Shown: piece after piece, positions 19,364 to 28,515 of the stretch
How positions within the stretch are numbered: the stretch's first letter is position 1
Layout: the number at the start of each line of letters is the position of its first letter
Source of the DNA: an uncultured Actinomycetota bacterium
Lineage (GTDB): Bacteria; Actinomycetota; Humimicrobiia; Humimicrobiales; Humimicrobiaceae
Assembly: GCA_964616545.1 (NCBI GenBank)
Contig: CAZTUA010000053.1
Span: 15,061-79,060, forward strand
Reading direction: 5' to 3'
Length of the DNA: 64,000 nucleotides
Program-made: the position numbers and the translations under genes
The notes under the pieces: model-generated
The model's database searches: none
Seen by the model: the letters and a program-made list of their open reading frames with translations, nothing else
Told to the model about the DNA's origin: nothing

Positions 19364-20262
19364 GTTTTACTGGAATAATTCTTGCAGGCGGCAGAGGGAG
19401 CAGATTTGGCTTAGATAAATTAAAACTCAGTATTGGCAGCGTGCCGCTTATGGTAGACCAGATTTTCAAACTTAGTTTTTTTTGTGATGAAATAATAATA
19501 AGTACTTCAAACAGGCAATACCCGGTCATTTCTTCAGAAATAAGTAAAATTGATTCATATAAGAAAGAATATAATTTTGACACTATAGCTGCAGCCGTAC
19601 CAGAAAAAGAATTTAATGTTTTTATTAAAAGGATTACACAACATCCGAACATAAAAATTATTTCTGATGAATACAATTTTAAAAATACACATATAAAAAA
19701 TGTTTTAAATGTCAGAAATATTAATAGCCCTGCCGAAAGACCAAATGAGGTATATAAAGAATGCGGACCAATAATGGGCATTTATTCGGGTCTCGTAAAT
19801 GCAGCTTACTTCTATTCTATTGTTACAGCATTTGATATGCCTTTTATTTCTTATAAGCTATTAAAATTTCTTACTGATGAATCCAGAACCGATACCGGGC
19901 ATGAAGTTACCGATAGTTACAGTAAAACATATTGTTCCGCAGATAGAAGAGACGCATGCATAATTAAAGGAGAAAAGGGGTTTGAGGTACTCTGTGGATT
20001 ATACTCAAAAAACTGCACCGGTATTTTAAAAAAAAATATCGAAATGCATAAATACAAAATATCAGATATTTTTAATTATCTTAATATGGAAATAATTACG
20101 GAGAAAAAATTGAGACTACCCGGGATTGACAATCTTAATTTTTTTAATATAAACTGGTTAGAAGACTATCTTAAATTTAAAAAAATATTACAGGATAAAA
20201 AAAATATTATGGGGTCATATAATACTTTTACAGACGTCTGGAATAATTTCTTTTTTAGATAA
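19360..20262 (+). CDS. mobA: Molybdenum cofactor guanylyltransferase MobA-like protein with C-terminal extension
   Basis: N-terminus GIILAGGRGSRFGLDKL matches MobA nucleotidyltransferase fold; 300 aa is ~100 aa longer than canonical MobA; 4-bp overlap with fdhD. Confidence 0.6.
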   Translation: MSFTGIILAGGRGSRFGLDKLKLSIGSVPLMVDQIFKLSFFCDEIIISTSNRQYPVISSEISKIDSYKKEYNFDTIAAAVPEKEFNVFIKRITQHPNIKIISDEYNFKNTHIKNVLNVRNINSPAERPNEVYKECGPIMGIYSGLVNAAYFYSIVTAFDMPFISYKLLKFLTDESRTDTGHEVTDSYSKTYCSADRRDACIIKGEKGFEVLCGLYSKNCTGILKKNIEMHKYKISDIFNYLNMEIITEKKLRLPGIDNLNFFNINWLEDYLKFKKILQDKKNIMGSYNTFTDVWNNFFFR

Positions 20263-20272
20263 TTCTATTGGA

Positions 20273-20659
20273 TTAATTAAGTTCAGCAAATACCAGTATA
20301 TAGCCATTACAATCCCTGACAATAAATTCAACAGCACCGTAATCAGTTTTATAAATACCTTTTATGACTTCTACTTTATTTTTTATTCTATTATATATCT
20401 CCACAGCATTTTCTGTTTCTATATAAATAACCATGGTTCCACCGGTTTCCATATTACTAAATTCAGGAATTGACCCGGTCAGACTATCTCTTGACTGAAA
20501 CATAATATCATTGTCTTCACATGTTACCAGAGCCCACTCAAACTTACCTTTCCCGGGATTAGAGGCAACTAAATCAAAACAGCATAAAATATCCATATAA
20601 AAATCTACAGTTTTATTTACATCATCTACCATCATATTAGGCGTAATTTTTTTCAACAT
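20273..20659 (-). CDS. VOC (glyoxalase/bleomycin-resistance) family protein
   Basis: ~128 aa from ATG at 20659 (MLKKITPNMMVDDVNKTVDFY...) with VOC beta-alpha-beta pattern; upstream in-frame GTG at 20713 less likely; start uncertain. Confidence 0.5.
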   Translation of the reverse strand: MLKKITPNMMVDDVNKTVDFYMDILCCFDLVASNPGKGKFEWALVTCEDNDIMFQSRDSLTGSIPEFSNMETGGTMVIYIETENAVEIYNRIKNKVEVIKGIYKTDYGAVEFIVRDCNGYILVFAELN

Positions 20660-20705
20660 CTTACTTTTTACACCTCCTCTCGAGTTAAAGATAACCGGGG
20701 GAAGA

Positions 20706-21329
20706 TTAATCACTTACCTGTGGAATTCTCTCTATGCCATAATTTGAAGGAAATACTCCTGTCGGGCACAGGTCCATGCATTCCATGCAATTTTCACAAT
20801 ATTTAAAGTAAGCAGATTCCGGAATAAATACAACCTTTTTATCTGTTCCCCTTCCAACAAATCCTATTGCATTATTTCTCTTAACTTCCCTGCAATACCT
20901 CACGCACAGGCCGCATAGAATGCAGTAATTATTTTCCTTCCTGAATCTTGTCTCGCTTAAGCCATACTTTTTTGCCAGCTTTTTTATTTCTGGATTGAAC
21001 GGAAATAATTCAAGGTACAGTTCAACAAGATTTTTTCTTATCTGTTCTACTTTTGGACTTTCGGTATGAACTATAAGCCCTTCCTCTACCGGATAGGCAC
21101 AGGAAGCAACTATTTTCGACCTTCCATTTTTCTCTATTTCTACAATACACAGCCTGCAGGCGCCATAGGGTTTTACTTTCTCGTGATAACACAGTGCGGG
21201 AATATGAATGCCAATTTTTTTTGCTGCTTTCAGTATGGTACTATTCTTATCTACGCCGACCTTCTGGCCGTCTATATTAATATTAATTTTCTTCTTATCT
21301 GAACTCTCTTTTTTTTCATTCATAATCAT
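20706..21329 (-). CDS. NuoG N-terminal-like ferredoxin: [2Fe-2S] + multiple [4Fe-4S] binding domains, no catalytic domain
   Basis: 207 aa; CYHEKVKPYGACRLC 2Fe-2S motif, CxxCxxC.C and CENCMECMDLCP 4Fe-4S motifs; resembles the N-terminal electron-input module of FeFe hydrogenase/FdhA/NuoG. Confidence 0.7.
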   Translation of the reverse strand: MIMNEKKESSDKKKININIDGQKVGVDKNSTILKAAKKIGIHIPALCYHEKVKPYGACRLCIVEIEKNGRSKIVASCAYPVEEGLIVHTESPKVEQIRKNLVELYLELFPFNPEIKKLAKKYGLSETRFRKENNYCILCGLCVRYCREVKRNNAIGFVGRGTDKKVVFIPESAYFKYCENCMECMDLCPTGVFPSNYGIERIPQVSD

Positions 21330-21373
21330 ATTCCCCCGGTTATAAAATGTTATTAAAATATTTTTTTATGGTC

Positions 21374-23311
21374 TTACTGTCCACCAGAGTCCGCCATACC
21401 TTTTACTTCTTCTTTCACTTCCTCTTCCTCCAGACCCGAACCCGTTTTTACATCAATTGCGCTGTATTTTTCCGGACAGGCTTCAATACATGAACCGCAC
21501 TTGATGCATACTTTGCTGTCTATTGCATGCGGCTTTTTATCCTCTCCGCTTATCGCGCCTACCGGACACACCTTTACACAGCTTCCGCAGCCGGCACATT
21601 TATCAGCATTTATGACATAATTTATTAAAGGCAGACATACCTTTGCAGGACAGGTATTGTAATAAATATGTGCCTCATATTCCTCCCTAAAATACTTTAG
21701 TGTTGTAAGTACTATATTCGGGGCAGTGGCTCCCAGGGCACACATGGAAGCTTCTCTAAGCAATAATGATAAATCTGCCAGAAGTTTTAGATCCTCCTCA
21801 CGACCTTTCCCTTCCATTATTCTTTCATAGATATAAATCATCTGTCTCAGGCCCTCCCTGCAGGGAACACATTTCCCGCAGGACTCATCGGCCAAAAATT
21901 TTAAGAAATAATGGGCTACATTTACCATGCAGGAAGTTTCGTCCATTACTACCATACCCCCTGAACCCATCATTGATCCTGCTTCTGTCAGTGCATCAAA
22001 ATCTACCGGCAGGTCAAGAAGCTGCTCTGGTATTACCCCGCCAGAAGGGCCCCCGGTCTGTACCGCCTTAAATTTTTTATTATCCTTTATTCCTCCACCA
22101 ATTTTATAAATAATATCCCTCAAGGTAGCGCCCATGGGTACTTCAACCAGTCCAGTATTTTTTACCTTGCCGACAAGAGAAAATATTTTTGTACCGCTGC
22201 TTTTTTTTGTTCCGATACTTCTAAACCAGCTGAATCCATTTTTAATAATTAACGGGACATTTGCGAATGTCTCTACATTATTTAAATTGGTTGGTTTTCC
22301 CCACAGACCACTTATAGAGGTATGTATATATTTCAATCTGGGTTCTCCCACACTGCCTTCAATCGCAGCAACAAGAGCGCTTGATTCTCCTGATACATAT
22401 GAGCCTGCCCCTCTATGAATTTTTAAATCAAAATCAAACCCCGAATTTAAAATATTTTTACCTATAAATCCATATTCTTCAGCCTGTTTAATTGCTATAT
22501 TTACATTTTCCACCGTTACAGGATATTCCTGCCTGACATAAATAAATCCTTTATTAGAGCCTATGGCATATGCTCCTATTATTAATCCTTCCAGAACGCT
22601 GTGCGGATTCCCTTCCAGTATTCCTCTATCCATATAAGCACCGGGGTCACCTTCGTCAGCATTGACAATTATATATTTTGGTTCACCTTCTGCATTCCTC
22701 GTAGTCTCCCATTTAATGCCAGCCGGAAAACCTCCTCCTCCCCGGCCCCTCAGGTTAGACTTCTTAACCTCTTCAATAACTTCTTCAGGACTCATCCTCT
22801 CAAGAACCTCTGCAAGAGCCTGGTATCCTCCAATCCTTATATAATCATCAATGCTCCCTGAATCTATCTTCAGGTGGCTATCCATAAGAACTCTTTTCTG
22901 GTACTTATAAAAAGGGATATCTGATTCTTTTTTAATTGGTTCCCCATCACTATCTTTATAAAGGAGCCTTTCTACTATTTCACCTTTTAAAGTTTTCTGG
23001 ATTATCTCTGCTATATCCTCCCTTTTTACCCTCAGGTAACAGACGTCCTGCGGGTATACCACCATAATCGGCCCCATTTCGCAGTACCCGTGGCAGCCCG
23101 TTCTCCGAATAATGATTTTATCTCTGTATTTTGAATGGTTTTTATTTATTTCATCAACCATACTGCTGTAAATGTCTCCTGATGAATAAGCTTTACATCC
23201 AGGCCCGTTGCACAGAGAAAATATTATATCAGCACTTTTTAATTCATCCTGCAGCTTATCTGCTTTTTTTTGCAAATCCTTAAGAGAATTTATTTTATTG
23301 CTGTCAGCCAT
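21374..23311 (-). CDS. NuoF-like flavoprotein of the electron-bifurcating HydB type (N-terminal 2Fe-2S plus C-terminal 2x[4Fe-4S])
   Basis: 645 aa; GRGGGGFPAGIKW, ESCGKCVPCR, plus N-terminal CNGPGC..GCHGYCEMGP and C-terminal CAGCGSCVKVCP / CIKCGSCIEACP ferredoxin motifs. Confidence 0.8.
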   Translation of the reverse strand: MADSNKINSLKDLQKKADKLQDELKSADIIFSLCNGPGCKAYSSGDIYSSMVDEINKNHSKYRDKIIIRRTGCHGYCEMGPIMVVYPQDVCYLRVKREDIAEIIQKTLKGEIVERLLYKDSDGEPIKKESDIPFYKYQKRVLMDSHLKIDSGSIDDYIRIGGYQALAEVLERMSPEEVIEEVKKSNLRGRGGGGFPAGIKWETTRNAEGEPKYIIVNADEGDPGAYMDRGILEGNPHSVLEGLIIGAYAIGSNKGFIYVRQEYPVTVENVNIAIKQAEEYGFIGKNILNSGFDFDLKIHRGAGSYVSGESSALVAAIEGSVGEPRLKYIHTSISGLWGKPTNLNNVETFANVPLIIKNGFSWFRSIGTKKSSGTKIFSLVGKVKNTGLVEVPMGATLRDIIYKIGGGIKDNKKFKAVQTGGPSGGVIPEQLLDLPVDFDALTEAGSMMGSGGMVVMDETSCMVNVAHYFLKFLADESCGKCVPCREGLRQMIYIYERIMEGKGREEDLKLLADLSLLLREASMCALGATAPNIVLTTLKYFREEYEAHIYYNTCPAKVCLPLINYVINADKCAGCGSCVKVCPVGAISGEDKKPHAIDSKVCIKCGSCIEACPEKYSAIDVKTGSGLEEEEVKEEVKGMADSGGQ

Positions 23312-23357
23312 TTTGAACCTTCCTCTTTATTTGTTTAAAATTCTTATATTTTTATTT

Positions 23358-24344
23358 TTAGTTAAATTGTTTTAATATTTTTTTCAATTCACCTGTAGAG
23401 GGATTGCTATAATACTTATTGCCTATCATTGCCACCGGACCCAGCGCACAGCAACCAAGACAATTAACCGTGCTTAAAGCAAACTTATAATCACCCGTGG
23501 TGTCTCCGGGTTTTATTCCCAGGATATTCACAATTCTCTGGAGCAGTTTCATTGCCCCCCTTACATGGCAGGCTGTGCCCATGCAAACTACAATTTGATT
23601 TCTGCCCTGCGGCTCCAGATTAAAATACTTATAAAAAGTAGTGATACCATAGATACTGGTAAGGGGGACGTCCAGTCTGTTGCTTATATACAGTAGAATG
23701 TGTTTTGGGAGCCACCTGTACTCGTTCTGGATATCAAGCAGTATCTGAATTAAATCACTTCTACGGTCATCATAGTTATTTATTATTTTATCTACTTTTC
23801 CAAAATCTTTTATTGCATCTTCCAATGCCCACTCCTTTTCTCTTTTTACTTTTTTTAAATCACCGAGCCATTCGGTTAGCTGACTCTGAATAGCGTTTAT
23901 TCTTTCCATATCCGCATAATTTTTCCGGGTACTTTCATAATTGAAATCTGGAGGATTTTCAGCATAAAATTCTGTATCTCTTTTAATGTTAGTTTCTTTT
24001 TTAACCTTTTGCTGTTTAATCTTCTCTTCTTTATAATCCTTACTGCGCCGGGCAATATCCAGGCCTGTTTTTATCCTATATACTGCCCTGTTATTCTCAT
24101 AACCCGCTTTTTCTATCACGCCCTCTTTTTCCAATAATTTTAAATTTCTATAAACCGTTGCCTGGCCTATTTTTGGATATTTCCTGTGCGATAATAAAAA
24201 TAGCTCTTCGGCACTTAGATTTTTGCTATTTTCCAGAAAGGTTTCCAGTAAGATTATCCGGGTCCCTGTAAGTCTTAAACCGCTGCTTTTAATCTTCTGC
24301 TTATACTTGCCGATATTTTTCTTACCGGCTTTTCGTGTACTCAT
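23358..24344 (-). CDS. Fusion protein: Fur-family winged-helix DNA-binding domain + NuoE-like [2Fe-2S] thioredoxin-fold domain
   Basis: 328 aa single ORF; residues ~20-95 GLRLTGTRIILLETF..LSAEELF..IGQATVYRNLKLLEKEGVI align with Fur DBD (E. coli GLKVTLPRLKILEVL..VSAEDLY..IGLATVYRVLNQFDDAGIV); Lys/Glu-rich linker; C-terminal half carries NuoE motifs CMGTAC and CLGCCALGP; no Fur metal-site His cluster. Confidence 0.75.
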   Translation of the reverse strand: MSTRKAGKKNIGKYKQKIKSSGLRLTGTRIILLETFLENSKNLSAEELFLLSHRKYPKIGQATVYRNLKLLEKEGVIEKAGYENNRAVYRIKTGLDIARRSKDYKEEKIKQQKVKKETNIKRDTEFYAENPPDFNYESTRKNYADMERINAIQSQLTEWLGDLKKVKREKEWALEDAIKDFGKVDKIINNYDDRRSDLIQILLDIQNEYRWLPKHILLYISNRLDVPLTSIYGITTFYKYFNLEPQGRNQIVVCMGTACHVRGAMKLLQRIVNILGIKPGDTTGDYKFALSTVNCLGCCALGPVAMIGNKYYSNPSTGELKKILKQFN

Positions 24345-24375
24345 TTTTTTAAATCTGACTGATTATATAATATTA

Positions 24376-24416
24376 GTGATAATGATAATGATTATCATTA
24401 TGATATATGATAATAC
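24376..24416. promoter_or_regulatory. Fur-box-like operator (GATAATGATAATGATTATCATTATGATATATGATAAT) in the promoter of the Fur-DBD::NuoE gene
   Basis: Seen directly: three to four overlapping GATAAT/ATTATC hexamers nearly identical to the classical Fur box GATAATGATAATCATTATC, 30-70 nt upstream of the minus-strand start codon. Confidence 0.55.
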
Positions 24417-24545
24417 TACCAGTTTTTATTTTGTCAATCTTTTTTATTTTTCGGACCAATTAAGCAGATAAGGAGAGGTTTTGTAAAAGTATAATTAGAG
24501 AGGTGCGATTTATGAAAACATTCTGTTTGCGTGGCTCCTAAAAGA

Positions 24546-25352
24546 TCAATAGATTATTACTTTCACGCCGAGCGGCAGCATCTCATACAGCCACCTGGCA
24601 TTTTCCACTTCCAGCCTGATACATCCATGGCTGGCAGGGCTTCCCAGCTTTTCGTATTCTTCCTCAATTATATTATTGTCTCCATCAAATGGGACACTGT
24701 GAAATAGATACTCATTATAAAATCTTACCCAGTGATAGGCTCCCATACTGTACTTTTTGGACCAGAAATATCCACCTTTATGTGTGGTCTTAAACTCTCC
24801 TACTGGAGTCGGCTTCTCATCCGTCCCCCCGGAGCATATCCATTCTTTTAACAGATTATCATTGTAATATATCAGAACCTTCTGGCTGCTTAGATCCACT
24901 TCTATCCTGAAATTGTCGCTGTCGCTGTAATCAACCTCTATTGTATTATCCTGAGAAGGATTATTACTTTCTTCTCTTATTTCTCCGCTGCCTGGCTGTT
25001 CCTTTTCTTCCATGATATTATCCTCTATAATTTCCTCTTCCTGATTTATTTCTTCCTCCCGATTTTTCATAGCGGTTCCACTTTCGAAATTACCTTCGCC
25101 TCCGGTTATCTCCTGTGGCTCTGGAAAAACCGGGCTTCCGGTACCGGCTACATAATCTCCTTTAAACTCTTCATTTCCTGCTGCAGAGATGTCAGTGCTG
25201 CCAATCCTGGCCGCTGCAGGCTTTCCTGTTATTATTCCGGTATTATCCGTGCATGAAATACAGATAACGCCGGCAAATATGAGAACCAGCAGGAGAATGG
25301 CTGCATTAATCCATGGCCTTATATTTCTTTTTATAAATTTAATCAATTCCAA
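24546..25352 (-). CDS. L,D-transpeptidase (YkuD domain) with N-terminal membrane anchor and Glu-rich linker
   Basis: 268 aa; catalytic HxxxxxxSHGCIRL motif near C-terminus. Confidence 0.7.
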   Translation of the reverse strand: MELIKFIKRNIRPWINAAILLLVLIFAGVICISCTDNTGIITGKPAAARIGSTDISAAGNEEFKGDYVAGTGSPVFPEPQEITGGEGNFESGTAMKNREEEINQEEEIIEDNIMEEKEQPGSGEIREESNNPSQDNTIEVDYSDSDNFRIEVDLSSQKVLIYYNDNLLKEWICSGGTDEKPTPVGEFKTTHKGGYFWSKKYSMGAYHWVRFYNEYLFHSVPFDGDNNIIEEEYEKLGSPASHGCIRLEVENARWLYEMLPLGVKVIIY

Positions 25353-25562
25353 CCACCAGTTTAAACATATTATATAATCATAGAACTCAGAAACAGATAG
25401 GTTTTATAAAAATAAGCTACTGCAACTATCAATAAATTATATAATAATCCAGAGAAACATTAAATTATATTAATAAATTTTGTCCCTGACTTTAATATTG
25501 CATTTCTAAAATGTTATAATGTAGTTTTAAAATAACATCTAAAATATTTTCCGGGCAATTTT

Positions 25563-26402
25563 ATGGCAAAAAATATTATTAAAGCAGACGGTACTGCAGA
25601 ACCTTATAACGAAGAAAAGGCAAGGTTATCTTTTTTAAAAGCCGGTGCTTCACAGAAAGTAGCCAGACGCGCCGCAAGAGAGCTTACCGGCTCAATAAAA
25701 AACAACATGACAACCACACAGATTTATGACAGAGCCCTTCACCAGCTGGAAAAGCTTGAGCCAAAATCTGCACTCAGGTATTCCCTTAAAAAAGCTATTA
25801 TGGATATGGGGCCGGAAGGGTTTGTTTTTGAGAAATATATAGCAAAAGTTTTACAGGAATATGGCTATAATGCTGAAGTTGGGCAATTCGTAAAGGGGTA
25901 TTGCATTGAGCACGAGGTTGATGTTATAGCAAAAAAAGAAGGTAAAATTTACATGATTGAGTGCAAGTACCGGAATTCGCCGGGGACAAAATCTGATGTG
26001 CAGACCGCGCTTTATCTAAACAGCAGATTTATGGATATAGAAAAAGCCTTTATAAAAAAAAATGGCATAACCGGCGGTTCTATCGAAGGCTGGCTGGTTA
26101 CCAATACAAAATGTACCTCTGACGCAAAAAAATACGCCCGCTGTGTCGGCTTAAAAATAATGGCCTGGCAATATCCTGAAGTTGAAAACCTTCAGTATTT
26201 TATAGAATCAAAAAAACTCTATCCTTTAAGCATCCTTCGTACAATTACGGGAAAACAAAAAGTAAAACTTTTTAATTCTAATATTATCCTCGTAAAAGAA
26301 CTCTTTAATTTTAAAATGGAAAGCCTTTCGGGGCTCTTATCAATAAACTACCAGAAAGCTGAGAATATTCTCCACGAATCAAAGATACTCATGCAGGATT
26401 AA
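25563..26402 (+). CDS. ATP-cone domain fused to PD-(D/E)xK (Mrr-like) restriction endonuclease-fold domain
   Basis: 279 aa; N-terminus IIKADGTAEPYNEEKARLSFLKAGAS is an ATP-cone; middle region FEKYIAKVLQEYGYNAEV..DVIAKKEGKIYMIECKYRN matches Mrr_cat D..ExK. Confidence 0.6.
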   Translation: MAKNIIKADGTAEPYNEEKARLSFLKAGASQKVARRAARELTGSIKNNMTTTQIYDRALHQLEKLEPKSALRYSLKKAIMDMGPEGFVFEKYIAKVLQEYGYNAEVGQFVKGYCIEHEVDVIAKKEGKIYMIECKYRNSPGTKSDVQTALYLNSRFMDIEKAFIKKNGITGGSIEGWLVTNTKCTSDAKKYARCVGLKIMAWQYPEVENLQYFIESKKLYPLSILRTITGKQKVKLFNSNIILVKELFNFKMESLSGLLSINYQKAENILHESKILMQD

Positions 26403-26449
26403 TTTAGGGCAGATAGTTTACCCCTGATACGAACATGGAAACAGAAGCT

Positions 26450-27220
26450 CTAATCCTGCCTGCTGAATAAAAACGCGCCCAGTATGCTGAATATCACGAT
26501 TAAAGACAGCATTACTGTAATATTTAACCAGACAGGATACAGCTGGAGCTCTCGGCTGCCCAGCATTGCAAATCTCATTGCATCAATTCCATAAGAAAGG
26601 GGATTGATTTTAGAAACTATATTCATCCACCTGACAGTATTATTTAGCGGAAAAAGCGCACCTGAAAGAAAAAACATCGGCATCAGCAAGAAATTGGTGA
26701 TTACCTGGAAGGCCTGCATAGATTTTATTACTGAAGCCAGCAGAATTCCCATTGTAGAAATTGTCATTGAAAGCAGGAACATAATAGCCAGTACTTTTAA
26801 GAATATTATAAAAGTAATTGGAATATTTAGAATTGGGCTAAAAAGCAGGATTATAGAGCCCTGGAACATGGCTATGGTAGAGCCTCCGAGAAGTTTCCCT
26901 ATAACAATAGAGGTTCTGGAAATAGGCGCCACTAGAATTTCCCTCAGAAATCCAAACTCCCTGTCCCAGACAATGGACATGGCACTAAAAAAAGAAGTAA
27001 AAAGAACAGTCATACCTACAATACCCGGGAACATAAAATTTAAGAACTCTTCCCCTCCCCCGCTTCCAAAGGCGCTGAAGGAGCTTGCGATTCCTGTTCC
27101 GAGGACAAATAAAAAAAGTACCGGCTGGGCAAAAGACCCTATTATTCTTGGTTTGTCCCTGTAATATCTTTTAATGTCCCTCAGCCATACCGTGTATATT
27201 CCGTTCAATTCTCCTTTCAA
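26450..27220 (-). CDS. ABC-2 family transporter permease
   Basis: 256 aa, six TM helices, typical ABC-2 exporter permease; 4-bp overlap with upstream ATPase. Confidence 0.75.
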   Translation of the reverse strand: MKGELNGIYTVWLRDIKRYYRDKPRIIGSFAQPVLFLFVLGTGIASSFSAFGSGGGEEFLNFMFPGIVGMTVLFTSFFSAMSIVWDREFGFLREILVAPISRTSIVIGKLLGGSTIAMFQGSIILLFSPILNIPITFIIFLKVLAIMFLLSMTISTMGILLASVIKSMQAFQVITNFLLMPMFFLSGALFPLNNTVRWMNIVSKINPLSYGIDAMRFAMLGSRELQLYPVWLNITVMLSLIVIFSILGAFLFSRQD

Positions 27221-28215
27221 TGTCCCATTCTCCTTCTCATCCGCATTCTCATGTTATCCCTGGAACTCGCATTTTCTTCTCTTATTTCTCTTCCTGTAAG
27301 ATCAAGGAATACATCATTCAGTGTCGGTTTTCTGGCACTGATTGATAAAATTTTAACAGGGCTGTTTTTTATAAATTCAGGGATGAAACTGGAACTATCT
27401 TTAACCTCAAACCTGGTCCTTCCCTCTTCCAGTTCATGAGTCTCGCTGCCTGTTGTCTCATTTATATATTTTTTCAGCTTATCATTATTTTCAGAGAGTA
27501 TTGTTATAATATCCCCTCCAATGATCTTTTTAAGATTATCAGGACTATCAAGGGCAATGATTTTACCATGGTCTATTATGGCTATCCTGTCACATATTTC
27601 AGTCTCTTCCATATAATGTGATGTTAAAAAAATAGTAATTTTTTTATTCTTCTTTAATTTGACTATGTAATCCCAGATCTTATTTCTTGTCTGGGGGTCA
27701 AGACCGAGAGTCGGTTCATCCAGAAATAAAACTTTTGGATAGTGCAGAAGTCCCCTGGCAATCTCAAGCCTCCTTCTCATCCCGCCTGAGTAAGTCATAA
27801 CAAGACTGTCCTTCCGGCTTATAAGGTCCACCATCTCCAGAACTTCTTCGGACCTTTTTTTTAGTTCGCCGCGTGGAATGTTATAGAGAAGGCCATGGAA
27901 ATATAAATTTTCGAGTGCCGTTAGCCTGTCGTCAAGACTGGGGTCCTGGAATACTATACCTATGCTGTTTCTTATTTTATTTCTTTCTCTTGCCGCGTCG
28001 AATCCATTTAGAGTAATTTCCCCTGATGTTTTTGAGAGAAGCGTGCATATCATATTTATTGTGGTAGTTTTGCCTGCGCCATTGGGACCGAGGAAACCAA
28101 AAATCTCATCTTCCTTTACCGAAAAAGTAATATTGTCAACAGCTGCCAGTTCTTTAAATTTTTTTACCAGGTTTTTTACTTCTATAATGTTGTTTTCTGC
28201 ACCTGTATCGTCCAC
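27217..28215 (-). CDS. ABC transporter ATP-binding protein (ABC-2/exporter type)
   Basis: 332 aa; Walker A GPNGAGKTT, signature SGGMRRRLEIA, Walker B LFLDEPT. Confidence 0.85.
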   Translation of the reverse strand: MDDTGAENNIIEVKNLVKKFKELAAVDNITFSVKEDEIFGFLGPNGAGKTTTINMICTLLSKTSGEITLNGFDAARERNKIRNSIGIVFQDPSLDDRLTALENLYFHGLLYNIPRGELKKRSEEVLEMVDLISRKDSLVMTYSGGMRRRLEIARGLLHYPKVLFLDEPTLGLDPQTRNKIWDYIVKLKKNKKITIFLTSHYMEETEICDRIAIIDHGKIIALDSPDNLKKIIGGDIITILSENNDKLKKYINETTGSETHELEEGRTRFEVKDSSSFIPEFIKNSPVKILSISARKPTLNDVFLDLTGREIREENASSRDNMRMRMRRRMGH

Positions 28216-28515
28216 TTACAGTCCCGCCTTTTTATAGTTCTATCTCTTTTTACTATCATTATCTTTTTTCTACCATCAGGGGCGCCTTCCGGAAATTTCC
28301 TTTTTAGTAAAAGAAAATATATTAAGTAGATATAAAGTGGCCACACCAAAGATAGACTAAATATATTTTTTAAACTTAACAAATTTTATAAAAAATAATA
28401 ATAATGTCAATATTTTAAACTTTCCTGTATTTTTGAGGTGAGTGAAATCAATTGCTTTGAAGACTACTGGCATGGCCTGTTCCTGTGTGTTTTATAAAAA
28501 ACAGTCGCTTTATTA

